From NCBI RefSeq assembly GCF_018336915.1, contig NZ_CP064923.1, forward strand, positions 3,720,001-3,752,000: DNA of 32,000 nucleotides, read 5' to 3'. The notes beneath the pieces are model-generated. The model was not told where the DNA came from and did no database searches. It was given only the letters and a program-made list of their open reading frames with translations. How positions within the stretch are numbered: position 1 is the stretch's first letter; every line of letters starts with the position of its first letter. The translations under genes and the position numbers were made by a program. This document shows positions 17,939-26,564 of the stretch, in pieces. Origin of the DNA: Acaryochloris marina S15 (GTDB lineage: Bacteria; Cyanobacteriota; Cyanobacteriia; Thermosynechococcales; Thermosynechococcaceae).

Positions 17939-18502
17939 TTACTCCAGCAGCCAAGCAAATAACTCTCTTACCGTAAGCTGTAACTCGTTGGCAAAAGAGG
18001 GTGCAGGAATGATTTTATCTGGCTCATCCAGGACTTCAGGTTCTTGCTTGGGACGATAGACAAACACTGTTTGTTCACCTGGGTCGATTAACCAACCCAC
18101 TTCGGTTCCATGCTGCAAACAGTGAAGAATATTCTTTGTGACCTTTGTTTGGCTTTGATTGGGAGATAGGATCTCAACTACCCAATCTGGTGCAGTAGAA
18201 AACGCGTTGGCAATTTCCCCATTCTGATCGCGGGGAATTCGGTGCCAAAGAAACACTGCAATATCAGGAACGATTGAACGATGGCCAAATGTACAGCGCA
18301 GTTCAGGAAAGGCACGAGCAATACGTTTGGATTTAACGACCCCATTGATAGCAGGTACAAGTTCTCCTTGAATGACGCTATGTTTCCCTTGGGGTATTGG
18401 CTTTTGAATAATTTGGCTATCAAGGTATTCATTGGCAGGTTTCGTTTCTGGCAATTCCAAAAACTCTGCCAAGGTCAGCGTTTTTGAGGAGGGCTGTACC
18501 AT
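17939..18502 (-). CDS. Uma2-family (DUF820) putative restriction-endonuclease-like protein
   Basis: It shows the typical cyanobacterial Uma2 layout: LTLAEFLELPE...EYLDSQI...P..KHS..QGEL...PDIAV...APDWVVEILSP. Confidence 0.85.
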   Translation of the reverse strand: MVQPSSKTLTLAEFLELPETKPANEYLDSQIIQKPIPQGKHSVIQGELVPAINGVVKSKRIARAFPELRCTFGHRSIVPDIAVFLWHRIPRDQNGEIANAFSTAPDWVVEILSPNQSQTKVTKNILHCLQHGTEVGWLIDPGEQTVFVYRPKQEPEVLDEPDKIIPAPSFANELQLTVRELFAWLLE

Positions 18503-18650
18503 TTAGGTTTACTCTTTGCCCGTAAGTTTGGAAACTCAACACTATTTTATCTAGAAACTGTATGGGGAGTACGTTTTTGCTGGGGATTACGACTATTGCG
18601 CCTGACAAATCACTAGAAAAGCTGGATTCTCTTTCATAATCAACGACCCA

Positions 18651-18754
18651 AGCCAGCTAACTCCAATTAACGGCCTTGCCTCACTGGCGTGAGTAGACCT
18701 CAAAAAACAATATGGCTATGGTTACTGAACGTCCGGTGCAGGGGTTGGCTAGAA
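18651..18754 (-). repeat. attC-like junction element B (between the TA cassette and the Uma2 gene)
   Basis: On the plus strand it reads TTAACGG 18667-18673, GGTTAC 18720-18725, CTGAACGT 18725-18732 and GGCTAGAA 18747-18754. The outer arms CCAGCTAAC (18653-18661) and GTTGGCTAG (18744-18752) pair at 7/9. The element starts 17 nt after the antitoxin stop. Confidence 0.45.
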
Positions 18755-18770
18755 ATGGATTTAGCTCAAA

Positions 18771-19064
18771 CTAAGGTGTTGGTTGAATGGTTAGCTTGAA
18801 CCCAAGCGCTTTAGTAACTTCAGCTATCGTCGAAAATGTGGGGTTACCATCAGGAGACAGCGCTTTATATAGCCCTTCTCTACTCAAACCTGTATCTCGG
18901 GATAGCTGACTCATATTTTTAGCTCTAGCGACTACCCCTAGGGCATGAATAATTAAAGCAGGATCATCTTCGGCTTCTTCCAGGCATGCTTCTAGATATA
19001 GCTGAATATCTTCTTCTGTTTTGAGATGTTCGGCTGAATCCCAGCGGGTTATGCTTATGGCCAT
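18771..19064 (-). CDS. addiction-module antidote protein (HTH, HigA-like family)
   Basis: The sequence ...AEHLKTEEDIQLYLEACLEE.DDPALIIHALGVVARAKNMSQLSRDTGLSREGLYKALS..GNP.F.T matches the probable-antidote family that pairs with the killer family upstream. Confidence 0.85.
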   Translation of the reverse strand: MAISITRWDSAEHLKTEEDIQLYLEACLEEAEDDPALIIHALGVVARAKNMSQLSRDTGLSREGLYKALSPDGNPTFSTIAEVTKALGFKLTIQPTP

Positions 19065-19067
19065 AAC

Positions 19068-19364
19068 TCAATCCTCCAACTGTTTAGCAATTTCTTTAGC
19101 CCTTTTGATGTCAGCATTTTATGAGCCTTTATCACCACCAGAAAGCAATATGACAACCACTGGACCACGTTGTATAAAGTAAACCCTGTAACCAGGACCA
19201 TAATGAATGCGAAGTTCGCTAACACCTTCCCCGACGGGGGCGACATCTCCAAAGTTGCCAATCTCGATACGGTCAATACGTGCTTGTATTCGCGCTTTAG
19301 CCTTTCGATCTCGCAGTTTCTTGAACCAATTAGCAAAAATGTCTGTTTGGCGCACCTCAATCAT
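19068..19364 (-). pseudogene. addiction-module killer protein (RelE/ParE superfamily) with a premature in-frame TAA
   Basis: The sequence is MIEVRQTDIFANWFKKLRD..AKARI..RIDRIE.GNFGD..PVGEGVSELRIHYGPGYRVYF......VVILLSGGDKGS*. The frame continues as NADIKRAKEIAKQLED to a TGA at 19068-19070, which abuts the antitoxin ATG. The TAA is at 19119-19121. Confidence 0.8.
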
Positions 19365-19422
19365 GTGTCAACCATAGTTAACGAGCAATAAGCTGTCAAC
19401 TACAGTTATCAGTCAAGATGAT

Positions 19423-19566
19423 TCTAGGCTGGGTCAAATTTTAACGGCTCGGCATCAGGGGCGCGAGAATTATTTTAAAGCGTTGACCAGTAGCGTGTTT
19501 CGAGCGTCCTGCCTGCATGCCATGGTTAGACTACAGCACAGAACATGCAAGACTTATACGCTAGAG
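19423..19566 (-). repeat. attC-like junction element A (between the OLD-family gene and the TA cassette); best-folding copy, core 19439-19531
   Basis: In the gene direction the core begins GTCTAAC (fits RYYYAAC) and ends GTTAAAA. About 22 bp pair between 19440-19468 and 19498-19530. An unpaired spacer (GGCTC vs CAT) lies after the terminal box, and all bulged bases (19502-03, 19507, 19510-11, 19516) are on one arm. The shared blocks are TTAACGG 19441-19447, GGTTAG 19524-19529, CAGAACAT 19539-19546 and CGCTAGAG 19559-19566. Confidence 0.55.
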
Positions 19567-19574
19567 GCGATCGC
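19567..19574. repeat. HIP1 palindrome GCGATCGC (one of seven exact copies in the window)
   Basis: Exact copies were read at 2473-2480, 2770-2777, 8446-8453, 19567-19574, 24762-24769 and 29547-29554, plus this one. HIP1 enrichment is a known cyanobacterial hallmark. Confidence 0.8.
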
Positions 19575-19860
19575 CCAAAACCAGAAAACGGTACTCACAA
19601 AAGTATAACTGGAGCAAAATGAAGACGGGACAAAGACAAGAAACACTTACTAAGCCATCAAAAATTACAACCAAAACGAGATAGTGGTAACAACAGACAA
19701 ATGTATGGCTGAGACGAGAATATGATATCAGTGTTTTGGCTAATATTCCCAATCACTGAACTTAGGAGGTTTTTAAACATAACAAAAATATACAGTGTTT
19801 CGTTTCAGTAAGCTTGTTAATTTAGTCACTATCTAATCAACATCTTGCTCGCACAATGCC

Positions 19861-22065
19861 TCATACTACTATTTCTTGAATCACTGATTTAATTTCTGAA
19901 TCAATTTCATCTTTCCTCATCAAGCTTGCCAACTTAGAAGTATCTTTTTCCTTTTTAAAGCGTAGATTATATTCTTTACAAACTTCATCTAATAAAAGAT
20001 CACCAGGAACTATATCCATCTTCTTAGATTCCCAAATATTTTCTATTTCGTCAATTTTACTAGTGTAAATAGATTCAAGATTTCTTTTCTCTGTTTCTAA
20101 CTGACTAATCATTGATTGAATTGATTCAGTGATTTTATCAACTCCCTCTTGATCTTGGAATTCTTCAAAAATTGATTTAGTTTCTGGATAAATGGGTTTG
20201 CAGACTATTTTTACTACTCGTTTGCAAATTGCAAATTGCTTTAAATTTTCTGCACATCCATTAATTTTATCTTGTACTTCGTTTTCTGTTGGTAATTCTT
20301 GATTAAGAGTATTCGATATTTTTCGTTTATACTCAATGAAGCTTCTTACTGCTCTCGGACAAATTAGATAGTTCTCCACTTCCCTCTTATTTAATACTTT
20401 AAGTTTTGCATTCTCCCCAAGCCTGGCTTGCATTTTCAAAATCTCAGAATCGTCCTTTTCATCTCTATCTATGAGGAACCACATCCTGACTTGACGTTTA
20501 GCTAGAAAGTTTAAAGTTTCTTCTGTAGCAAAATGAGCAAAATTACGTGCTCCACCCATACGAATAAATCCTACATTTGCTTGACTAAGATTAACGCCTA
20601 GTACAGAAGCCCATTCTCGAATTGCATCCTCGTCTGTTATACCCTCTACAAAAACAAGACGGTCAAACATAAATAGAGAGCTTAATCTAATACCAAGCTC
20701 TTGTGGAATCTTTGCTTCTGCCTCTCCAATATCAATTTGACGTATCTGAGTTGAATTTGGTTTCGTAACCAAATATACATTATTCATTTCAGCAGTATCT
20801 AAGAAATTAGTTGAGTGAGTTGTTATAAAAACCTGGCAATCACAACTTATACGTTTCAAATATCGCATCATACTTGTCTCAAGAGCTGGATGCAAATGTA
20901 TTTCTGGCTCTTCAACAAGTAGTATATCTGGATGCTCAAACTCAACATCTAGTAATAGTCTTAAAGCTTCCTTTATGCCCGACCCATTTACTCCCACCAA
21001 AAAATTATCGACATCCATTTCGGCAGACATCTGATTTGTAGATATTGAGGAGTCGCTTTCAAATGCATCAACATACACACCTAATAATGCTGAAACTGTT
21101 TCTTGGATGTTTTTAAGAGCTTCAAATCCCCCTCTTCGCGTTTTTAATGAAAGAAGTCGTTCAGCCTCTTCTTTACCTATTCTCTTACGTTTCTCAGTAA
21201 GATAGAGAACGTTAATTTCACCTATTCTCTTCAAAAGAGTTTTGACGTAATGAGGTATTGATGCTTCTTCTCCAGCAAAAGTTCCTATTTTATTACTCAG
21301 GACTTTATTCACAGTAGATATTGATTCTTCTTTATAGCTAGTAGACAGATCAGGGATTGCACTTTTTAGATCTTCAATAGATGCTTGCGTCCCAACTCTT
21401 TCTTCAAGAATTTTTATGGTGTCACCATCAATTTTTCTAGCTAAATACTCAAGAGGGGGACGGTCACGTAAGTCAGGTCGAATATATCTTCTAAGACCGT
21501 CTAAATCTAGAGAATTCAAGTCCTCTGAAATATTATCTAACTCTTTAGATCGTAAAAAATTATCATATAGTTCCAAAGCACTTCTTTCATCTACACTCAA
21601 AATGATTCCTTCACAATTAAAAAGTGCTACTCCAGATTTAGGAATTCCTCCTAAACTCACTTTTTGAATATAGCTAAAGGTAGATGGTGGAGGCATAACA
21701 ACAAGTGCCACAGAAAGATGAAGTGATGGATTAATTCCATCCACTGCATTTTTCATTTGCGGTGCTTCTGTAGCAATATCTCTTATCAAAGCATCTCTTT
21801 CAGATAATTTCAAAGAAAACACTAGATTAATCTCTATAGGATATTGAGATTCTTTGTTAAAGAAATCAATTTCCTTTCCAATATTAGGGCTGAGATTTAA
21901 TACTTCCCCATTATTTATGCATTTAAAGAACGCATTTATAGCAGAAAGAGCACTTGATTTTCCAGAGTTATTTTTGCCTATAAGGACATTGAATTCTCCA
22001 CAATCATCTAGTTTCGCATCTTCAATACTGCGAAATCTTTTGATTATTACATTTTCAAGCTTCAT
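19861..22065 (-). CDS. OLD-family nuclease-like protein: N-terminal ABC/AAA_15-type ATPase fused to a Toprim (DUF4435-like) domain with a long helical C-terminal tail
   Basis: Motifs seen are Walker A GKNNSGKS (aa 30-37), signature-like NGSGIKEAL (aa 360-368), Walker B ILLVEEPEIHLHP (aa 381-393) and H-loop FITTHS (aa 413-418). The Toprim motifs are VFVEGITDE (aa 471-479), LIDRDEKDD (aa 531-539) and REVENYL (aa 561-567). The protein is 734 aa. Confidence 0.8.
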   Translation of the reverse strand: MKLENVIIKRFRSIEDAKLDDCGEFNVLIGKNNSGKSSALSAINAFFKCINNGEVLNLSPNIGKEIDFFNKESQYPIEINLVFSLKLSERDALIRDIATEAPQMKNAVDGINPSLHLSVALVVMPPPSTFSYIQKVSLGGIPKSGVALFNCEGIILSVDERSALELYDNFLRSKELDNISEDLNSLDLDGLRRYIRPDLRDRPPLEYLARKIDGDTIKILEERVGTQASIEDLKSAIPDLSTSYKEESISTVNKVLSNKIGTFAGEEASIPHYVKTLLKRIGEINVLYLTEKRKRIGKEEAERLLSLKTRRGGFEALKNIQETVSALLGVYVDAFESDSSISTNQMSAEMDVDNFLVGVNGSGIKEALRLLLDVEFEHPDILLVEEPEIHLHPALETSMMRYLKRISCDCQVFITTHSTNFLDTAEMNNVYLVTKPNSTQIRQIDIGEAEAKIPQELGIRLSSLFMFDRLVFVEGITDEDAIREWASVLGVNLSQANVGFIRMGGARNFAHFATEETLNFLAKRQVRMWFLIDRDEKDDSEILKMQARLGENAKLKVLNKREVENYLICPRAVRSFIEYKRKISNTLNQELPTENEVQDKINGCAENLKQFAICKRVVKIVCKPIYPETKSIFEEFQDQEGVDKITESIQSMISQLETEKRNLESIYTSKIDEIENIWESKKMDIVPGDLLLDEVCKEYNLRFKKEKDTSKLASLMRKDEIDSEIKSVIQEIVV

Positions 22066-22680
22066 ATTTTTATCGATGTTATTTCCTTAGAGAGGTATTT
22101 TTCGAGAGATAGGAGGAAGAATAGAATTTAAGCAGTAACCCTTACAACAATAAAATATATTTTATGATTCAAGTATGACTTTATTAAACAATACTTCAGA
22201 CAGTTATAAATGCAACGCCTAGTATTCCTGATGTTTTCGTTGAGTCTAAAATCTTGAAAGCCTTATTTTTTCTTCAAATTTAAAACAATCCGAGCTATTA
22301 CGGCTCAATTTCTCTATCAATAATTTCAAACCATTACTTTAATAATGAATTGGCTCTATCTTTACATTATTTCCTGACGAGTAATTCTACAATCTCACTC
22401 TCACTAAACATAAGGACTAACTATAATTAGAAGGCAAATTTCCTCCTAACACGAAATAAATTAATAGCTTGTCTGCTCCTTAAAGCCAAGCCTCTTCTAC
22501 ATTAGTACTACAGCAGAAAGAGTACGTATTACGGAAATTTCCCGATATGCAAAATTGTAGTTGATTATCTAAAAACAATATAGAAAAAGCATTTCTAGCA
22601 TCTTTATCATGCAGCAATGAAGAATGTTAATGGACAAAATAACTGTATAAGTCCCAATATCGGTTGTTATCAGACACACA

Positions 22681-23033
22681 ATGCCACCCCAAAAACTCCT
22701 TGACCAAGTCCGTGATGTAATGCGAACCAAGCATTATGCGTACAGTACTGAAAAAACTATGTGCAGTGGATCCGGCACTATATTATCTTCCACAACAAAC
22801 GTCATCCTAAAGAAATGGCTGAACCTGAAGTTGAAGCGTTTCTGACTCATCTAGCCGTAAGCGAACATGTTTCTGCCTCAACCCAAAATTAAGCCCTCTG
22901 TGCCCTGATATTTCTGTACCGATACGTTCACAAATAGCCTCTGACTGAAACGACTGAAGCAGCGCGTGCCCAACGCTCACAACATCTACCCACAGTCTTT
23001 ACCCCTGACAAAGTAAGCCGACTCCTCCAGTAA
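22681..23033 (+). pseudogene. intI: N-terminal remnant (about 118 codons) of an integron-integrase-like tyrosine recombinase
   Basis: Conceptual translation gives MPPQKLLDQVRDVMRTKHYAYSTEKT[-1 nt near 22758]YVQWIRHYIIFHNKRHPKEMAEPEVEAFLTHLAVSEHVSASTQN*ALCALIFLYRYVHK*PLTE..RSQHLPTVFTPDKVSRLLQ*. The stops are at 22890-22892 (TAA), 22935-22937 (TAG) and 23031-23033. It is collinear with the IntI1 N-terminus ([21 protein letters not shown]..RHP...EVEAFLS.LA....VS.ST..QAL.AL.F.Y...L......RLPVVLTPDEV). The catalytic domain is absent. Confidence 0.8.
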
Positions 23034-23098
23034 GGAAAGTTTAGACCAGATATTCTCTAGAATAGTGAAGCAAACGCAGACCTTCAGGAGTAATAGTA

Positions 23099-25666
23099 GT
23101 GGAGTCCCGTTACAATCCCACCGAGATTGAACCCAAATGGCAAGCAAGCTGGGCCAAACAGGGGCTAGATGCAACTCCTGAAGATACCAGCAAACCCAAA
23201 TTCTATGCCCTGTCCATGTTTCCCTACCCCTCAGGTAGCTTACACGTCGGCCATACCCGCAACTATGTAATTACCGACGTCATCGCCCGCCTCAAGCGGA
23301 TGCAGGGCTACCGAGTTCTCCAGCCCATGGGTTGGGACGCCTTTGGTCTACCTGCCGAAAATGCCGCCATCGCTCGGGGGATTCATCCCGCCGAGTGGAC
23401 CTATGCCAACATGGCGCAAATGAAAAAGCAGCTAGAGCCTCTGGGACTCTCCATTGACTGGAGCCGGGAAATCGCCACCTGCTCTCCTGACTACTATCGG
23501 TGGACCCAGTGGATCTTTCTGCAATTTCTGGATATGGGACTGGCTTACCAGAAAGAAGCCGCTGTCAACTGGGACCCGGTGGACCAAACTGTTCTTGCTA
23601 ACGAGCAGGTGGATAATGAAGGTCGCTCTTGGCGATCCGGGGCCAAGGTGGAGCGCAAACTGCTGCGCCAGTGGTTCCTAAAAATTACCGACTATGCGGA
23701 AGAACTCTTAACCGACTTAGATAAACTGACCGGCTGGCCTGAACGGGTCAAAACCATGCAGGCCAACTGGATTGGCAAATCCGTGGGGGCCTATCTGGAG
23801 TTCCCAATTGTGGGTATGGATGACAAGGTAGCCGTATTCACGACCCGCCCTGATACGGTCTATGGCGTCACCTATGTGGTGCTGGCCCCAGAACATCCCC
23901 TCACTCCCCAAGTCACCAGCAAAGCCCAGAAAAAAGCGGTGGATAAATTTATTGAAGAAGTTGGGGCCGAGAGCGAAATGGATCGCACGGCGGAAGACAA
24001 GCCTAAGAAAGGCATTCCCACAGGTGGCAAAGCCATCAACCCCTTTACGGGGGAAGAAATTCCCATCTGGATTGCCGACTACGTACTGTATGAGTACGGG
24101 ACAGGTGCGGTGATGGGGGTGCCCGCCCATGACACACGAGACTTTGTCTTTGCCAAGCAGAATAAGCTGCCGATTCAAACGGTAATTGTGCCTGAAGGTA
24201 GTGATGCGGATACGCCCTTAGAAGCCGCCTATACCGAACCTGGATTGATGGTGAACTCCGGTGAATTTGATGGCAAAGCCTCCACCGAAGGCAAGCAGGC
24301 CATTATTGCCAAAGCCGAGACCAAAGGCTGGGGAAAGGCTAGGGTGCAATATCGTCTGCGGGATTGGCTGATTTCCCGACAGCGCTATTGGGGCGTGCCG
24401 ATTCCGGTGATTCACTGTCCCAAGTGTGGGGCTGTGCCCGTACCCGAAGCCGATCTGCCCGTGGAGCTGCCCGAAGATGTGGAGTTCTCGACTCAAGGTG
24501 GATCGCCCCTGGCCAAACTAGAATCCTGGGTCAATGTCGCTTGTCCCACCTGCGGGGCAGATGCCAAACGGGAAACCGATACCATGGATACCTTTATTGA
24601 TTCGTCTTGGTATTTTCTTCGTTATCCCGATGCCAAAAATGACAAAGCAGTCTTTGATTCAGCGAAAGCCAATGATTGGCTACCCGTTGATCAATATGTA
24701 GGTGGGATTGAACATGCGATTTTGCACCTATTATATTCGCGATTTTTTACGAAAGTGATGCGCGATCGCAAACTCCTCAACTTCGATGAACCCTTCAAAA
24801 AGCTGCTCACCCAAGGGATGGTGCAAGCTCTCACCTATAAAAACCAGGAGACGGGGAAGTATATTGCACCTATTAATGTTGATGCTGACGATCCTAAGGA
24901 TCCAGAAACAGGTGCACCCTTGGAAGCCTTTTACGAAAAGATGTCCAAGTCTAAATACAATGGCGTCCCCCCGGAAGAGGTCACCAATAAGTACGGAGCC
25001 GATACCGCCCGTCTATTCACCTTATTTAAGGCCCCCCCTGAAAAAGATCTGGAGTGGGAAGGCGCAGATGTGGAAGGTCAATTCCGGTTTCTGAATCGGG
25101 TTTGGCGACTGGTCAGTGAACATGCCGCCCAAGCCAAGGGCAAGAAAGCAAAGGTAAATAAAGCCAAGCTCTCGAAAACAGAGAAGGAACTGCGAAGATC
25201 CGTTCATATTGCCATCAAAGAAACCAGTGAAGATTTAGACGGCGATTATCAGTTCAATACTGCCGTATCCGAACTGATGAAGCTGAGCAATGCCCTCAGT
25301 GATTCCAAGGAGAAAGCGTCTCCCGTCTATGCCGAAGGTGTGGAAACCTTGCTGCTGCTCCTCACCCCCTTTGCCCCCCATATCAGTGAAGAGCTGTGGG
25401 AGAACCTAGGGCATTCCGAGTCGATTCTGGGTCAGCCTTGGCCTCAGGTGGATAAAGAGGCTCTGGTGGCCGATGAAATTACCTTAGTGATTCAAATTAT
25501 GGGCAAAACCCGAGGCACTATCCAAGTGCCGGCTGGAGCCAGCCGGGAAGATTTGGAACAGCTCGCCCGCGAGTCGGAAGTGGCCCAGCGGTATATTGCT
25601 GACAAAGAAGTGAAAAAGGTGATTGTCGTTCCGGGCAAGCTGGTGAACTTTGTGGTGCCAAAATAG
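23099..25666 (+). CDS. leuS: leucine--tRNA ligase
   Basis: It has the HIGH-type motif [11 protein letters not shown], the KMSKS motif and an 855-aa class Ia layout with a CP1 editing insertion. The GTG start is preceded by AGGAG about 9 nt upstream. Confidence 0.96.
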   Translation: MESRYNPTEIEPKWQASWAKQGLDATPEDTSKPKFYALSMFPYPSGSLHVGHTRNYVITDVIARLKRMQGYRVLQPMGWDAFGLPAENAAIARGIHPAEWTYANMAQMKKQLEPLGLSIDWSREIATCSPDYYRWTQWIFLQFLDMGLAYQKEAAVNWDPVDQTVLANEQVDNEGRSWRSGAKVERKLLRQWFLKITDYAEELLTDLDKLTGWPERVKTMQANWIGKSVGAYLEFPIVGMDDKVAVFTTRPDTVYGVTYVVLAPEHPLTPQVTSKAQKKAVDKFIEEVGAESEMDRTAEDKPKKGIPTGGKAINPFTGEEIPIWIADYVLYEYGTGAVMGVPAHDTRDFVFAKQNKLPIQTVIVPEGSDADTPLEAAYTEPGLMVNSGEFDGKASTEGKQAIIAKAETKGWGKARVQYRLRDWLISRQRYWGVPIPVIHCPKCGAVPVPEADLPVELPEDVEFSTQGGSPLAKLESWVNVACPTCGADAKRETDTMDTFIDSSWYFLRYPDAKNDKAVFDSAKANDWLPVDQYVGGIEHAILHLLYSRFFTKVMRDRKLLNFDEPFKKLLTQGMVQALTYKNQETGKYIAPINVDADDPKDPETGAPLEAFYEKMSKSKYNGVPPEEVTNKYGADTARLFTLFKAPPEKDLEWEGADVEGQFRFLNRVWRLVSEHAAQAKGKKAKVNKAKLSKTEKELRRSVHIAIKETSEDLDGDYQFNTAVSELMKLSNALSDSKEKASPVYAEGVETLLLLLTPFAPHISEELWENLGHSESILGQPWPQVDKEALVADEITLVIQIMGKTRGTIQVPAGASREDLEQLARESEVAQRYIADKEVKKVIVVPGKLVNFVVPK

Positions 25667-25677
25667 TACTGAGGCCG

Positions 25678-26313
25678 TCAGGCTAGGGTATCTAAGGACT
25701 GGGCAATATCCTCAAACACTGGGGTGGAATTCATAATAAAGGTGTGAATGGCAGGCACGGTCACTACCCTGTGACCGCCACTGGCTTCTGCAACTGAGAG
25801 AATGCCATCGTTTAATTCGTTGCCAAAGGGGAGCCACGAGGCCCTGGGACCACCCGTGCCAACGTAGATTTTGGTATGGGGCGGTAGAGTGAGTTGGTCA
25901 ATAAAACTATCCTGGGCGAGTAACTGTCCCATTTCTCCTGTGAGCAGCCGATAGAGGCCGACTTTGGAGAAGAATTTGGCGGCTTTACAGGCCATCATGG
26001 GTGGGGCGAGGAAGAAGCAGGCTACTGGTGGAGGGGAGATTAACTTGGGGTAGGCGTTGCGGATAATAATGGTGCCGAGGGAATGGCCCAACAGGGTATA
26101 GGGTTGGGAACTGATTTTAGTGTGAATCCGTTGCACCAATCGGTCTGTGACGGTTTGCAAGGATTCTAAGGTGGGGGAATAGCCAAATAGGTGGGGGGTA
26201 TGGCCCAGCTTGCGGAGTCGGTGCTGTAAGTACAGCATGGACAGGGGCGTTCTACCCATACCATGAATCAATACTACATTTAGTCCCATCCACTTACGCT
26301 CAGCACTATGCAT
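25678..26313 (-). CDS. alpha/beta-fold hydrolase (esterase/lipase-like)
   Basis: It has an oxyanion-region VVLIHGMG and a nucleophile elbow LLGHSLGT. It is 211 aa. Confidence 0.7.
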   Translation of the reverse strand: MHSAERKWMGLNVVLIHGMGRTPLSMLYLQHRLRKLGHTPHLFGYSPTLESLQTVTDRLVQRIHTKISSQPYTLLGHSLGTIIIRNAYPKLISPPPVACFFLAPPMMACKAAKFFSKVGLYRLLTGEMGQLLAQDSFIDQLTLPPHTKIYVGTGGPRASWLPFGNELNDGILSVAEASGGHRVVTVPAIHTFIMNSTPVFEDIAQSLDTLA

Positions 26314-26564
26314 CGATAGAGATCATTATTGCTTTTAGCTGTAAGTTATGGCGTGACTATTTGCGATCTCAGTTCGATGGAGGTTGCGATCACTGGACTT
26401 AAAATCTAGTTGGATCGAACTTCCAAATCTTGAGATTGATAGCGCTTGGAGTTACGATTCGATTATTGGAGATGGTGAAACCGAGGCAGGAAAAGTCATT
26501 GTCAGTAACGAGAATTGTAGATGTCTTAGAGCTGGAATAGGGGCGACCATAGAGTCAAACAATA

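Noticed and set aside
18665-18727. Inner 63-bp version of junction element B (AATTAAC...GTTACTG) as a minimal 59-be-like attC
   Set aside because: Only TAAC/GTTA plus a 3-bp GCC/GGC pairing support it. The outer arms (18653-18661 with 18744-18752) pair better, so the longer span is reported instead.
19561-19752. 63-aa hydrophobic minus-strand ORF downstream of the OLD-family gene (possible small membrane partner)
   Set aside because: It starts at TTG. Its Phe/Leu/Val/Cys richness is what a T-rich strand yields by chance, since the plus strand here is A-rich. It also runs into the HIP1 site and junction element A. It is not supportable without conservation data.
19365-22680. The OLD-family gene as part of Gabija, a retron or two-gene PARIS
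   Set aside because: No helicase, reverse transcriptase or separate DUF4435 ORF is present within the flanking non-coding DNA, and no msr/msd-like structure was recognisable by eye.
23454-25207. Multiple 60-150-aa ORFs on both strands inside leuS (for example 23717-24178 minus, 24218-24496 minus, 24786-25094 plus)
   Set aside because: They lie entirely within the strongly supported leuS frame, have Arg/Pro/Gly-rich shadow-ORF composition, and show no motifs.
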